Positions 63,801 to 64,000 of a stretch of DNA of 64,000 bases are shown here, piece after piece (positions within the stretch are counted from its first letter, which is position 1; every line of letters starts with the position of its first letter). A program made the position numbers and the translations under genes. Source of the stretch: Octopus bimaculoides (Eukaryota); the NCBI RefSeq assembly GCF_001194135.2, contig NC_068992.1:16630540-16694539 (forward strand), in the 5' to 3' direction. The notes below the pieces were generated by a model that saw only the letters and a list, made by a program, of their open reading frames with translations, did no database searches and was not told where the DNA came from.

Positions 63801-64000
63801 TAACGTAAATATCAATGTACTTTTTATCACACAAAAATTATGTAGATATATGTATATATGAGTGTGTGTGCGCTGTGTTGTATGTGGGGGGTTGTATAGA
63901 TATACATATATCACGACATAAACGTGGATGTTGCGTTAGAGCAAGCAATACTGCAGTGGTCAAATTAAGAGAAACTCTCATATTGCTTATGAATGCGAAA

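Overview
AT-rich, repeat-saturated metazoan draft-assembly DNA with 16 N-gaps, most bordered by (TA)n or other simple repeats. The SINE families and microsatellite load suggest an octopus genome (inference from memory, not checked by search). No host protein-coding gene, rRNA, tRNA gene or CRISPR array can be supported; the long ORFs in the track are gap read-through or microsatellite translations. Identifiable content is decayed mobile DNA: at least nine fragments of R4/Dong-clade RT-RLE LINEs (several between (TAA)n tracts), more than 20 tRNA-derived SINE copies from about four families, two mariner remnants (one internally inverted), a Tigger/pogo transposase pseudogene, CR1-group, RTE and probable Tx1 LINE pieces, Penelope-like fragments including a GIY-YIG domain missed by the ORF track, and several MITEs. 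Best leads: (1) a SINE tail variant inserted twice at the same nucleotide of the SINE's own A-box, once with a 13-bp target duplication, suggesting self-targeting; (2) a Penelope-type minimal hammerhead ribozyme motif at 55668-55710; (3) a motif-dense candidate promoter near 35.3-35.5 kb; (4) TAA-targeting LINEs and SINEs that share insertion sites.
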